Shown in pieces: positions 9,793 to 19,892 of a stretch of 64,000 bases of DNA. Each line of letters begins with the position of its first letter. Within the stretch, counting starts at the first letter, position 1. This DNA comes from Candidatus Marinacidobacterales bacterium (GTDB lineage Bacteria; Acidobacteriota; Vicinamibacteria; Marinacidobacterales; SMYC01). The DNA lies in assembly GCA_965224085.1 (NCBI GenBank), contig CBDCYI010000004.1, positions 1,600,001 through 1,664,000 of the forward strand, in the 5' to 3' direction. Position numbers and translations under genes: made by a program. The notes beneath the pieces are model-generated. The model saw nothing but the letters and a program-made list of their open reading frames with translations. It made no database searches and was not told where the DNA came from.

Positions 9793-10740
9793 TTGAGTTC
9801 CATAACTGCCTCGGCTCTGTCATTCGCCGGCCTCCTCTTACTCGCTTTCGGTGCAGACTGGCTCGTACGCGGATCGTCCCGGCTCGCGAGCCATTTCGGG
9901 GTGAGCCCGCTACTCGTGGGCCTTACGGTCGTCGCTTATGGAACGTCGTCGCCCGAGATCGTAGCGAGCGTCATCGCGGCGCTCAGCGGCCATGCGGAGA
10001 TGACGGTGGGAAATGTGCTCGGAAGCAACATCGCCAATGTCGGGCTCATCCTCGGATGCGCCGCAATCATAGCGCCCTTAAAGGTGGCGGCTTCGGTGCT
10101 CAAGCGCGAGCTTCCGCTTCTCCTCGGCGTGACGGTGCTTCTCTTCGTCTGCGCGTTGGGGCTCGAGCTCGGGCGCGGGGCGGGGCGTGTGTTCATCGCG
10201 CTTCTCGTCTTCTTCAACTACCTGTCGATCCGCTGGGCTCGCGGCGAGGCGCCAAAAGCCAAGCCGGCCAGCAAGGTCCACGCACCGCGCACGCATAGCC
10301 TCGCCTCGAGCTCGGCGTTCGCCGTCTTTGGTCTCATCCTTCTGCTCGGCGGCGCGCAACTTCTTGTTGCGGGCGCGGTCTCGCTCGCCCGCTCGATAGG
10401 CCTATCTGAGTTCATCATCGGCGCGACGCTCGTAGCAGTGGGCACGTCGATGCCCGAGCTCGCGACCTCGATCGTCGCGGGTCTTCGGGGTGAGGCGGAT
10501 CTCGTCGTGGGTGCTATCATCGGCAGCAACCTGTTCAACATTCTTGGTGCGATCGGGGCTTCCGCGAGCTTGCGAACGCTTCCCATCGACGAAAAGCTGT
10601 TTCATTTCGAGCTTCCGGTGCTCGTCGGCTTTACGCTCGCGATGGCCGTCTTTTTGTACACGGGACGGCGGCTCGTGAGATGGGAGGGGATCGTGCTCCT
10701 CTGCAGTTACGGCGTGTTCATAGGACTACTCTTCCGTTGA
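9793..10740 (+). CDS. Ca2+/Na+ antiporter (CaCA, YrbG-like)
   Basis: Two alpha repeats, GTSSPE..GSNIAN and GTSMPE..GSNLFN. Confidence 0.92.
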   Translation: MSSITASALSFAGLLLLAFGADWLVRGSSRLASHFGVSPLLVGLTVVAYGTSSPEIVASVIAALSGHAEMTVGNVLGSNIANVGLILGCAAIIAPLKVAASVLKRELPLLLGVTVLLFVCALGLELGRGAGRVFIALLVFFNYLSIRWARGEAPKAKPASKVHAPRTHSLASSSAFAVFGLILLLGGAQLLVAGAVSLARSIGLSEFIIGATLVAVGTSMPELATSIVAGLRGEADLVVGAIIGSNLFNILGAIGASASLRTLPIDEKLFHFELPVLVGFTLAMAVFLYTGRRLVRWEGIVLLCSYGVFIGLLFR

Positions 10741-10772
10741 TGGCGTTGATGGCGCTGATGCGTCGGGTGCCA

Positions 10773-11105
10773 CTACGATCCTTCGCAACCCAGAGAGAAA
10801 GCAATGGCGTCGCAGACGAGCTTCATTTTCTCGTCGCTTACTTTGGTGAGTCGACGCCCAATCCCGACTTTCGCGATGGTCACGATATTGTGAAGATTAA
10901 TGATGCACGGCGCCTTCATACCATCGTCGACGTCGAGCTGAACCTCCGAGGCCACGTCTCGGATCGTGGATGTGATCGGCGCAACCGTGATGCGCGAGAG
11001 ATACTTGATGGACGCGCCGCGAGTCAACAGTAGAACCGGTCGGGACTTGTCCGGCGGGGCGAACGGATAGAGTCTAATCTCGCCGCGCTCTAGTCGTTCG
11101 GCCAA
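10773..11105 (-). CDS. PemK/MazF family toxin
   Basis: RGEIRL..DKSRPVLLL..VAPITS; TTG start chosen at 11105. Confidence 0.88.
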   Translation of the reverse strand: MAERLERGEIRLYPFAPPDKSRPVLLLTRGASIKYLSRITVAPITSTIRDVASEVQLDVDDGMKAPCIINLHNIVTIAKVGIGRRLTKVSDEKMKLVCDAIAFSLGCEGS

Positions 11106-11323
11106 TCGGCCACCCTCGCCCAACGCCTTACCTCATCGAGGTCGTCCGGTCGTTGCTCGTATGCAGCCCGCTCCTGGTCCTCCAACTCCGCGTAGCGCAG
11201 CCTCTTCAAATGCGCGCGCAACGCCTCACGTATCAGCGCTGAGCGGTTGATTCGCTGCCGCTTGGCAAGCCGATCAGCAAGCTCGAGCAGAGCATCATCG
11301 AGCACCACCTGTATGGTCGCCAT
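11090..11323 (-). CDS. Ribbon-helix-helix (CopG-type) antitoxin
   Basis: TIQVVLDDALLELAD..NRSALIREAL; overlaps the toxin gene. Confidence 0.88.
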   Translation of the reverse strand: MATIQVVLDDALLELADRLAKRQRINRSALIREALRAHLKRLRYAELEDQERAAYEQRPDDLDEVRRWARVADWPND

Positions 11324-11324
11324 C

Positions 11325-11361
11325 TATGTTGAGTATACTCAACATAATATTCCACAGTCAA
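11325..11361 (-). promoter_or_regulatory. TA promoter with perfect 22-bp palindromic operator
   Basis: TATGTTGAGTATACTCAACATA at 11325-11346; TTGACT-N18-TATACT on the minus strand. Confidence 0.8.
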
Positions 11362-11376
11362 ACCAACAGTTTCGTT

Positions 11377-12588
11377 CTACTCCCAGCTGCGCTCGTCTCG
11401 GATCGGCACCGCGCCGCTCGCGAGGGTACCCGGCGGCACGAGCTCGACGTCGACGCGGAGCTTGAGTTCGTTACGGAAACTCTGGGCGAGCGCCTCGACC
11501 TCGACGTCAACCTCGGCTTCCACGCGGATCGCGATCGCATCGCGGCAATTCACACGTCGCACGACCGCTTCAAATCGGGGCACTTCGCCGAGTGCTACTG
11601 CTAGCGCCCGCGCAATCGATCGTGGGTGGACGAACATCCCTCGGACTTTTACGCCCTCGCCCACCCTTCCTTGGAAGCCGAGAAGCCGCGGGGTCGTGCG
11701 CCCGCACGAACAGGGTGTGGTGTCGAGCGCCGAACGATCGCCGGTGCCGAAACGTACGAGCGGATAGACTTCGTTTTGTGTGCTGACGACGACTTCGCCT
11801 GTGTTCTCGAGCACCTCGACGACGCGCCCGGGCGTGATATGCCACCCGCGCGACGCTTCGCATTCGAATGCGATCGCGCCGACATCGGCGGTGCCATAAC
11901 CTTCGCGGATCGACACGCCGAACTCACGCAAGAGGTCTTCTCTGAGCGACGCCGATAGCGGCCCACCGCTGACGAAGCCGCGCTCGAGACAAATGTCGAT
12001 GCTCTTCTCCCGCGCGCGGTCGAGAAGCGTCCAGATAAAATCCGGTGTTCCGCAATAACCGGTGCTTCCCGAGCGCGCGAGGAGATCGACTTGCGCGTTC
12101 GTGTTCCCGACACCGCCGGGGACGACGGTACAGCCGAGCGCTCGGAGCCCTTCTTCCATCATCGCCCCCGCTGGCGTCAGATGGTACGAGAAGGTGTTGT
12201 AGACCGTGTCGCCTTGTCGAAAGCCAGTGGCCCAAAGCGCGGGCGAAAAGCCCCAGAAGTCCGGGCCTTCCCCTTCGGGATCGAGGATCGGGCCGGGAGA
12301 CAGGAAAACACGCTTCAACGTCTTGACGTCGCGCGCCAGTAGCCCCCCGAAAGGTGGCGACGCTTCCTGCAGCTCGGGGAGGTCGTCCTTCGATAGCACC
12401 GGCACATCGGCCAAGGCGGCGACGGAGCGGATGTCCCCCGCGACGAGTCCCGCGTTCTCCAGCCGGCGCGGAAACTCTTCGGTGTGCTCGGCGGCATAGG
12501 CCACGATGTTGCGCACGAGCTGGTCTTGATAGACCTGCCAAGCTTCGGCTGGTGCGGCTTCGATCTCGGGCTGGTAGATCGGATTCAC
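11377..12588 (-). CDS. Phenylacetate--CoA ligase (PaaK-like) family protein
   Basis: SPGPI, YGTADVG, YPLVRFGTGD and VKVRGMFVHP motifs. Confidence 0.85.
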   Translation of the reverse strand: MNPIYQPEIEAAPAEAWQVYQDQLVRNIVAYAAEHTEEFPRRLENAGLVAGDIRSVAALADVPVLSKDDLPELQEASPPFGGLLARDVKTLKRVFLSPGPILDPEGEGPDFWGFSPALWATGFRQGDTVYNTFSYHLTPAGAMMEEGLRALGCTVVPGGVGNTNAQVDLLARSGSTGYCGTPDFIWTLLDRAREKSIDICLERGFVSGGPLSASLREDLLREFGVSIREGYGTADVGAIAFECEASRGWHITPGRVVEVLENTGEVVVSTQNEVYPLVRFGTGDRSALDTTPCSCGRTTPRLLGFQGRVGEGVKVRGMFVHPRSIARALAVALGEVPRFEAVVRRVNCRDAIAIRVEAEVDVEVEALAQSFRNELKLRVDVELVPPGTLASGAVPIRDERSWE

Positions 12589-13364
12589 GACAACCAGCGC
12601 TTTCGCCGTCGATAATGTTTGACGGCGCGATAGGACTTGCGCTCGCCTAGCTCCGAGAGGCCGAGATAGAACTCCTTCACGTCCGCGTTCTCGCGGAGCT
12701 CTTCCGGTGTGCCTTCGAGAACCACTCGGCCGTTCTCCATGACGTAGCCATAGTGCGAGGTGTCGAGCGCGCGGGCGGCGTTTTGCTCGACGAGAAGAAT
12801 CGTCGCGCCGTCGGCCTCGTTGAGGCGACGCAGAACGGCGAAGATCTCTTCGACGATAAGCGGAGCGAGACCGAGAGACGGCTCGTCGAGCAGCAGAAGC
12901 TTAGGCTCTGACATCAGAGCTCGGCCGATCGCGAGCATCTGTTGCTCACCGCCCGAGAGAAAGCCCGCAAGCTTCGTGCGACAGTCGTTCAAACGAGGAA
13001 AGGTGTCGAACACCTTGTCGAGGTTCATCGAGGAGCTGGTATAAGCGCCCACGCGCAAGTTATCTTCGACGGTGAGATGCTCGAAGACGCGGCGGCCTTC
13101 CATGACTTGAAAGACCCCGCGCCGGACGACGTCGTGAGGCGCCAAACCGTGGATGGGCTCGCCTTCGAGCTCGATGGAGCCGTCGGTCACCTCTCCATTT
13201 TCCGGCGCCAGTAGGCCCGAGACGGCTTTGAGGGTCGTCGACTTCCCCGTACCGTTCGTGCCGAGAAGACAGACGATCTGACCTCGGCCGACTTCGAGAG
13301 AAAGCCCGCGGAGAACGAGCACGACGTTGTCGTAGACGACCTCGACGTTATTCAGACGGAGCAT
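12585..13364 (-). CDS. Branched-chain amino acid-type ABC ATP-binding protein (LivF-like)
   Basis: Walker A GTNGTGKST, LSGGEQQM, DEPSLGLAP. Confidence 0.92.
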   Translation of the reverse strand: MLRLNNVEVVYDNVVLVLRGLSLEVGRGQIVCLLGTNGTGKSTTLKAVSGLLAPENGEVTDGSIELEGEPIHGLAPHDVVRRGVFQVMEGRRVFEHLTVEDNLRVGAYTSSSMNLDKVFDTFPRLNDCRTKLAGFLSGGEQQMLAIGRALMSEPKLLLLDEPSLGLAPLIVEEIFAVLRRLNEADGATILLVEQNAARALDTSHYGYVMENGRVVLEGTPEELRENADVKEFYLGLSELGERKSYRAVKHYRRRKRWLS

Positions 13365-14529
13365 GGCGAAATCCCGTCAGCGGCACCCAGCGGCCTTGTT
13401 CGACTCGAAACAAGCGCATGCCTTTCGCGCCGCGATGATTCTCGCCGGAGAATGTAATCGGAAAGGTCACACCTCCGGTATCGAAATCAGCGAGCCCCTC
13501 GAGCGCCGCTTTGACGTTCTCGCCGGTGAGAGGCAAGTGGTCGTGGACGACGCGACGGATGCCCTCCGTCAGGACCGCCATCGTCCACCAACCCTGTCCA
13601 TACGGAACACCTTGGTCTTCGAGAGCACCCCCGTCCCGTTCAAGGAGATAGGCGCGCGCGCCTTCGAGGCCGCTCACGCCTTCGGAAGCTGGCGGCGCAA
13701 AAGGCATCGCCCCGACGACGCCTTCGCTCGCCTCTCTCGCGAGCTCGACAAGAAGCTCGTTGGCGCACCAGTTCAAACAAAAGAAAGGGATCGTCATCGA
13801 GAGGCTCGCGGCGTTCTTGAGCACGACGGAGACCGGAGCCGAAGTGTTTTGAAAGAGGATGTACTGCGCACCCCATTCGCGCACGCGCGTGAGCTCCGAT
13901 GTAAAGTCCGTGCTGCCTCGGGGCATCTCCTGCGCTATCATCTCGATGCCTTGGGCCGCGGCGTAGTCGCGCCCGAGTTGCTCGTAAGGCGACAAGCCGA
14001 ACGGCGAGGCGTGGTGAAAAAGCGCTACTTTCGGGCTCCCTTCGGGATGATTCTCGATAATCCAGTCGAGGGCGATCAGAAACTGATCGCTATACGTCGT
14101 GCCCACGAGGAAATTGTAAGGCGCTTCCGCCGGATCGCCGAGCACGTGCGAGTAGGACGCCGACATGAACGGCACCTGGTCTTCGGCGATGCGCCCGCGG
14201 AGAGCTTCCGTGTCTCCCGTACCCCAGCCCATGAAGGCGACGACGCCTTCGCTGACGAACTCGCTGTAGAGCTGCTCGGCGCGGTCGACCCGATAGCCGT
14301 AATCCTGATAGAGCAGCTCGAGCGGGCGGCCGTCGATGCCACCTTGGCCGTTGACCCAGCCGACATAGTCGCGGACGCCGTCGGCATAGATCGTCCCGAC
14401 ATCCGAAGTGGCTCCCGTGAGCGCGAAGATGGCGCCCACGAGGATGGCATCGTCTGGCTCCGAATCCCCGCGGCCTCCGCAACCCAGGCAAAGCGCTAGC
14501 GCTGACGCGCCGACGAGTCTTTTCACCAT
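13348..14529 (-). CDS. ABC substrate-binding lipoprotein (LivK-like)
   Basis: Lipobox LGC; periplasmic binding protein type 1 motifs (GWGTGDT). Confidence 0.88.
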   Translation of the reverse strand: MVKRLVGASALALCLGCGGRGDSEPDDAILVGAIFALTGATSDVGTIYADGVRDYVGWVNGQGGIDGRPLELLYQDYGYRVDRAEQLYSEFVSEGVVAFMGWGTGDTEALRGRIAEDQVPFMSASYSHVLGDPAEAPYNFLVGTTYSDQFLIALDWIIENHPEGSPKVALFHHASPFGLSPYEQLGRDYAAAQGIEMIAQEMPRGSTDFTSELTRVREWGAQYILFQNTSAPVSVVLKNAASLSMTIPFFCLNWCANELLVELAREASEGVVGAMPFAPPASEGVSGLEGARAYLLERDGGALEDQGVPYGQGWWTMAVLTEGIRRVVHDHLPLTGENVKAALEGLADFDTGGVTFPITFSGENHRGAKGMRLFRVEQGRWVPLTGFRHAPSE

Positions 14530-14590
14530 GGCCGAATTCTAAAGGAATGCGTGGACAGGCGGAAGCGTAACGCACCCGGCGTTTCGAATG

Positions 14591-14630
14591 GACAAGGATC
14601 CTTTACTGTATGTCCATATTGCTTTACACT
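14591..14630 (+). promoter_or_regulatory. Putative XRE operator repeats and promoter
   Basis: Two 16-mers ending in CTTTAC with a 21-bp period, plus TTTACT-N17-TACACT, upstream of the membrane protein/XRE pair. Confidence 0.4.
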
Positions 14631-14661
14631 ACGATTTCTTGAGTCAAAGGAGGTATAGACG

Positions 14662-15083
14662 TTGGAACGGACCAAACGATCGCTTTGGATGTGGTGTGCG
14701 ATGAGCGAGCGGGATCGCCGGAATCAGTGGCAGCTTCTCGGTTGGATCTTCGCCTGGGTCCTAGCCAACGCTGCGATCAGCAGGGGCTGGGTGCCCGGCG
14801 GAGCTCCGGCATTCACGGTCATTCTATGCCACGTCCTTCTGGGTGGTGCGATGATGTTGGCCTACCGGAGGTTTCTGCAGAACGCGGATGAGCTGCAGCG
14901 TAGAATTCAGCTGGAGGCCCTCGCGTTGGCTTCGGCGCCGCTCTCGTTGGGGCCGCGGCGGCGGCCTATCGGCTTCTCGAGCGCACCGGTGCCATTGGCG
15001 GGACGGGTGCTTCTAATGTGATTATGATCATGGCGGTCGCCTATTCGGTTGGGGTCCTCGTGGGCCAACGGCGGTACGTTTGA
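14662..15083 (+). CDS. Membrane protein paired with XRE regulator, frameshifted near 14930
   Basis: DELQRRIQLEALA motif. Adding one base continues the frame to ..VLVGQRRYV* overlapping the XRE start. Confidence 0.7.
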
Positions 15084-15286
15084 AGAACCGGCTCAAAGTC
15101 CTGCGCGCCGAGCGAGACTGGACCCAGGCGCGGTTGGCTCTGGAGCTGGACGTTTCGCGCCAGACCGTCAACGCCATCGAGACCGGCAAGTACGATCCGA
15201 GCCTTCCCCTAGCGTTTCGTATCGCCGACCTTTTCGGCCTGTCCATCGAAACGTTGTTCCGGCCTAATTGGAAGGAACACGCCTGA
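15080..15286 (+). CDS. XRE family HTH regulator
   Basis: MKNRLKVLRAERDWTQ..VSRQTVNAIETGKYDPSLPLAF. Confidence 0.93.
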   Translation: MKNRLKVLRAERDWTQARLALELDVSRQTVNAIETGKYDPSLPLAFRIADLFGLSIETLFRPNWKEHA

Positions 15287-15349
15287 AGCCGCGACGCCCG
15301 TTTCTGGTTGCATGTCTTTTGACGCGGGCGATAACATCGGGCTCTCGTT

Positions 15350-16516
15350 ATGTTCGATCGGGCGGCCTTTCTCAAAGCCAACACACTACTCGCCGAGTTA
15401 CCTACCGAAATCGTGTCCGATCTCGCGGGCCGCATGCATGAGGTACGAGCATCGGCGGGTGAGGTGATTTTCCGCGAAAGCGAGCCCGGGGACGCGGCGT
15501 ATTTCGTCGTCGAGGGGTCGCTCCGTATCGAGAAAGACGGCATCCGCATCGTCGAGATGTCGACGGGAGATTGTGTCGGAGAGTTCGCCCTCATCGACGA
15601 AGGCCCACGAAGTGCCACTGCGATCGCGGAGACGGACGTCCTGCTACTCCAATGGCGGCACGCCGAGTTCGAGAGGGCGCTGACGCTCTCTAGCTCCATC
15701 GCGCAGGGCATCTTCCAATACCTCACCTCTAAGCTCCGTCGCGATGTGTCGCTTCAAGTAGCCGCCGGCCTCGAACGGGAGCGATGGCAGCAGGATCTGA
15801 AGCGAGCCCACGAGATTCAAATGGCGATGCTGCCGCAGCGAGATCTTCTCATCGAACGCGCCGAGCTTTCCGGATACTGCAAGCCTGCTGCCGATGTCGG
15901 AGGAGACTACTACGATTACGTGGAGCTCGGGACGGACGCCACCGGTGTAATTCTCGCTGACGTTACCGGGCACGGATTCTACGCGGGCTTGCTCGTTGCG
16001 ATGGCAAAGAGCTGTTTGCATACGCAAGCCAAGATCGATGCCTCGCCGAGCGCGGTCATGGCGGCGATGAATTGGACCGTGTTCCATTCGGTGCAAAGCG
16101 GGCTCATGATGAGCGGCTGCTACGTGCGTCTCGATCACGAGGCGCGCAGGCTGAGCTATTCGAACGCGGGGCATCCTTATCCGTTTCTCTATCATCGCGG
16201 TTCCGACCGTATCGACAGGCTCGAGTCGACGGACCTGATTCTCGGCATACCGGACTTCGAGAACATTCCGTTCTCCGTCGCCAAGAGACAGTGGGAGCCG
16301 GGCGACCTTCTCGTCCTCTACTCGGACGGCATTCACGAAGCACTTTCGGCCGACGACGAAGAGTTCGGCGAAGCGCGTCTTGAGCGCGTGATCTTGGAAG
16401 CCAAGCAAGAGGAACCAAGACAGGTGCGCGATCGGATCTTGCGCGCGGTCGCCGAGCACTCAAGCGGCGTGGCGCCAGCGGACGACGTGACCGTCGTCGT
16501 GGCGAAGGCCCGTTAG
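15350..16516 (+). CDS. Cyclic-nucleotide-binding domain fused to SpoIIE/RsbU-type PP2C phosphatase
   Basis: cNMP motif GEFALIDEGPRSAT; PP2C motifs GGDYYD, ADVTGHG, YSDG and DDVT. Confidence 0.9.
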   Translation: MFDRAAFLKANTLLAELPTEIVSDLAGRMHEVRASAGEVIFRESEPGDAAYFVVEGSLRIEKDGIRIVEMSTGDCVGEFALIDEGPRSATAIAETDVLLLQWRHAEFERALTLSSSIAQGIFQYLTSKLRRDVSLQVAAGLERERWQQDLKRAHEIQMAMLPQRDLLIERAELSGYCKPAADVGGDYYDYVELGTDATGVILADVTGHGFYAGLLVAMAKSCLHTQAKIDASPSAVMAAMNWTVFHSVQSGLMMSGCYVRLDHEARRLSYSNAGHPYPFLYHRGSDRIDRLESTDLILGIPDFENIPFSVAKRQWEPGDLLVLYSDGIHEALSADDEEFGEARLERVILEAKQEEPRQVRDRILRAVAEHSSGVAPADDVTVVVAKAR

Positions 16517-16787
16517 CCTGAGTGGAAGCCTCGCGCCAACACGTCCAGGCCCGCTGCAAACAACCAGACGGCCTCGACGGAGGTTTCGCGCCTCGTCGCC
16601 TTCGCTACATAGGATATGGGCGGTGCGAGGACCTGTCCGGTCCCTGCCTGCCATTTTCGAGTCTGTCGTCATCCTTGACTTCCTCGAGCGCGTTGTCCAC
16701 CAAACGCGAGCACCCATGGCAATCGCCGCCTTGTTGTCAGTGGCCTCGATCGTCGGCATTGCCCACATGGTCACGAAAGGAGTCACG

Positions 16788-16895
16788 CCGGTGCCCGTCG
16801 TCTCGCAACGTCTCGGACACAACAAGATTGAAATCACGTTGAACGTCTACGCCCACGCGCTACCCTCGATGGGCCGTGACGCGGCGGCGGCTCTA
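16788..16895 (+). pseudogene. Tyrosine integrase C-terminal remnant
   Basis: VVSQRLGHNKIEITLNVYAHALPSM (box II with catalytic Tyr); no N-terminus. Confidence 0.75.
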
Positions 16896-16899
16896 AGCG

Positions 16900-17320
16900 T
16901 TAGCGAGAGACTAAGGCGACAACCTCGCCGTTCTCATTGACCGCCGGGGAAAACGTTGAGCCGTTGGGGACCGTACCGGGAACCGAGTCTACTCGTCTGG
17001 TTTGATTGGCCTGAACGTCGTGGATGTAAATATCTGACCAGAGTGCCGAAGGCGAATCAATATTCGTGGCCTCCGAGGAAAACACGACGACTCGGCCATC
17101 TCCACTAATCGAGGGGAAGCTGCTTTCTCCATTGCCTTCCGCGTCGGCTCCGTTGCGGCTGATGAGTCGTGTTACTCCTGTGAGCCTATTGTGGAGCATG
17201 ACCTGTGCGTTCATACCGCTGAGTCCTGGTGTCAAGTTGGACGCGTACGTGCTAAACGCGATCAGCTGCCCATCACCGCTGATGGCGGGCTGGTGCGACC
17301 CTCGACTTGAAGGGCCTGCC
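16900..17320 (-). pseudogene. TolB-like beta-propeller protein fragment
   Basis: Repeats PAISGDGQLIAF, PSISGDGRVVVFSSEATN and PAVNENGEVVA; no credible start. Confidence 0.7.
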
Positions 17321-17688
17321 TGGTGGTGAACGACGGCGAGGTCGTCTTGAATCGCTACTTTCCCAACCCCTACGACGAACCTGACACGAGTCCGGAGACG
17401 TGAGCTCGGATTCCTATTGAACCGTGATCGTCACCGGAGAGGAGCACGACTCGTTGCCGGCGGCGTCGGTGGCGCAGATCCGGCACGTCAGCGTTTCTCC
17501 AGGTGGCGTTTGGTATCGGCAAAGCGCGTGACCCGTCGAACGAGTCGTATTGGGAATGATAGATTCGATCACCTCCGAAGCTTCACGCATGGATGAGCCG
17601 ATAAGCGCGATCTCGTCTTGAGGAGGGGCTTGTCCACATCGCTCCGCCGCGTTAACATTGCGACTCCCATCGCCGGTATGCAAACCAC

Positions 17689-18828
17689 GTGATAAGCACT
17701 CCGCTCGCCCTTCTCGCGTTCCTGTTTCTGATCATCGCCTTCACTCGGTTCCTGGAGCATCGCTTCGAGGTCCTGAAAAAGATCACGTCCGCCGTTTTGT
17801 GCACGCTCATCGGTATTCTTCTATCCAACTTAGGCATCATTCCTCACCGATCCGGCCTCTATGAAGCCGTTTTCGAAATAGCCATACCCTACGCCATCGC
17901 GTTGGTGATCCTCGCCTCGAGTTTCTCGGATTTGAAGCGGGCCGGTCCTCGTCTCATCGTGGCCTTCGGGTTGGCGGGTCTTGGAAGCTTCTTGGGTGGG
18001 CTCTTTGGTGGAGCGTTCTATGCGAGGTGGGTCGGGGATGAAACCTGGAAGCTCGCCGGACAATTCGTGGGAGCGTTTTTCGGCGGAGGGATGAACTTCG
18101 CGGCCATCGGTCGGGGCCTCGAGACGTCGCCGAGTCTCTTCGCAGCTGGCGCGGTCGCGATCAACATGTCCACCGTTCCCTGGCTCTTGTCTCAAATGGC
18201 GTTGGCAAGGAATCTGGAAACCAAGTTTGGAGCGGTTCCTGCCGATCCCGTCGGTGCTCCTGCGGGCGCCAGCAGCGACGATCCGCGCCGGGAATGGGTC
18301 ACCGCCTCGCTCAAAATCACGGACCTATCCTTGCTCGCCGCAATCCCACTCGCCATTCTGTGGGGCGCCCGAGAGCTCAGTTCCGTCCTGCCAGGTTTTC
18401 CCGAAGTCCTCTGGATTACGACCCTGGCACTCGCACTGGCACAAGTGCCGGCGCTCCGGAGGCTACAGGGAAGTGCCTTTCTAGCTTACTTCGCGATGCA
18501 TCTCTTCTTTATCGTGATAGGGGCGCAATCTGTATTGGGCGAAGTACTCAGCGCCGGGCCGAGCGTACTCCTATTCATGGTGTCCGTGATCGGCGTTCAC
18601 GCGCTCGTGCTCTTCGGGCTCGGTTGGTTGTTGCGTTTCGACATTCAGACTCTCTCGGTCGCGAGCCAGGCGGCGGTGGGAGGACCCGGCTCCGCGCTTG
18701 CCCTCTCCATGTCCATGAACTGGTCACGTCTCGTGACTCCCGGCGTCATCGTGGGGATCTTCGGCTATGCCCTAGGAAACTACTTGGGCTTTGTTTGTGC
18801 CTACTTGGTGAGAGGTTGGCTCGCGTGA
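17689..18828 (+). CDS. DUF819 family membrane protein
   Basis: GGGMNFAAI, ASQAAVGGPGSA and GIFGYALGNYLG motifs. Confidence 0.85.
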   Translation: MISTPLALLAFLFLIIAFTRFLEHRFEVLKKITSAVLCTLIGILLSNLGIIPHRSGLYEAVFEIAIPYAIALVILASSFSDLKRAGPRLIVAFGLAGLGSFLGGLFGGAFYARWVGDETWKLAGQFVGAFFGGGMNFAAIGRGLETSPSLFAAGAVAINMSTVPWLLSQMALARNLETKFGAVPADPVGAPAGASSDDPRREWVTASLKITDLSLLAAIPLAILWGARELSSVLPGFPEVLWITTLALALAQVPALRRLQGSAFLAYFAMHLFFIVIGAQSVLGEVLSAGPSVLLFMVSVIGVHALVLFGLGWLLRFDIQTLSVASQAAVGGPGSALALSMSMNWSRLVTPGVIVGIFGYALGNYLGFVCAYLVRGWLA

Positions 18829-19817
18829 CCGGTCCACTGAGACTTGCCGTGCTCGGTCTTGGAAAGGCCGGGCTCCGTCACCTGGAAGCGGCTCGGGCCT
18901 CGGAGGTGGTCGAGCTCGTCGCGGCGGCAGATAATTCGGCTGAGGTTCGAGCCCGCATCGAGAAAGAAACGAACTGTCCGGTTGTGGAGAACCTCGACAA
19001 GCTACTAACCGAAAACCCCCAAGCCGTTGTCGTTGCGCTTCCGCATGGTTCTCTTGTCGATGCAGCGCTGCGAGTATGTGAAGCGGGGCTCCATCTGCTG
19101 CTGGAAAAGCCAATGGCGAACAGCTCGGCCCAGGCACGCCTCGTCGTGCAAGCCGCTGAAGCAGCGAAGGTCGAACTGATGGTCAACTACAACCACCGGT
19201 TTCGCGAGGAATATCAAATCGCAAAACGATTGGTTGCGGACGGGCGAATCGGCCGGCCGTGCTTGCTGGTCGAGCAGATGTTCGCGGCACCGGGGCCGCT
19301 TCCGGAGTGGGTGTGGGATCCGAAGGTGGCCGGTGGCGGGATGATGACCTACAGCGGGTCACATATCCTAGATCATCTTATTTGGCTGGCTGATCAGCGC
19401 GTGGAATCTGTTGTGGCGAGTACGGCAAACTTCCACTATTCAAAACAGCTCGAAGACACGACCGTCGCGACGCTTCGCTTCATCGACGGAAGCATCGGAT
19501 CCATCGTGCAGCACAAGTCGGCAATCCCACACAATCTCCCGCGATGGGAAACGCGGATTCACGGGACGGAAGGTGTCCTGCGAGTCGTGGCCGGCCGAGG
19601 TGTCTATGTTTCCGGCCCGAATGGCGATGAGCGTTTCCGTACTGGGGAAGACCATCGTTTTATCACTGCCCTTTCGGAGCTCGCGGGTGCATTGCGCGAG
19701 AAACGAGCCCCCCAACCCGACGGGCACTCCGCTGTTCGAGTACTGGCCTGCTTGGAGGCTCTTTACCGATCCGCACGCGAACGCAAATGGGTGACGGTTG
19801 AAACCTCTAGTGCTTAA
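18825..19817 (+). CDS. Gfo/Idh/MocA oxidoreductase
   Basis: GTG overlaps the DUF819 stop; GLGKAG, LLEKPMA and GSHILD motifs. Confidence 0.9.
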   Translation: MTGPLRLAVLGLGKAGLRHLEAARASEVVELVAAADNSAEVRARIEKETNCPVVENLDKLLTENPQAVVVALPHGSLVDAALRVCEAGLHLLLEKPMANSSAQARLVVQAAEAAKVELMVNYNHRFREEYQIAKRLVADGRIGRPCLLVEQMFAAPGPLPEWVWDPKVAGGGMMTYSGSHILDHLIWLADQRVESVVASTANFHYSKQLEDTTVATLRFIDGSIGSIVQHKSAIPHNLPRWETRIHGTEGVLRVVAGRGVYVSGPNGDERFRTGEDHRFITALSELAGALREKRAPQPDGHSAVRVLACLEALYRSARERKWVTVETSSA

Positions 19818-19892
19818 TGCTAGCTCTTCTTTCGTTATGGCTGAGCTCGCCGGGCCTTCGTCGGCGCGTTCCGCGTTCCGCGTTCATCAGTG

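Noticed and set aside
18294-18824. Long N-terminal extension of the Gfo/Idh/MocA ORF
   Set aside because: Overlaps DUF819 in another frame; the Rossmann fold starts at GTG 18825.
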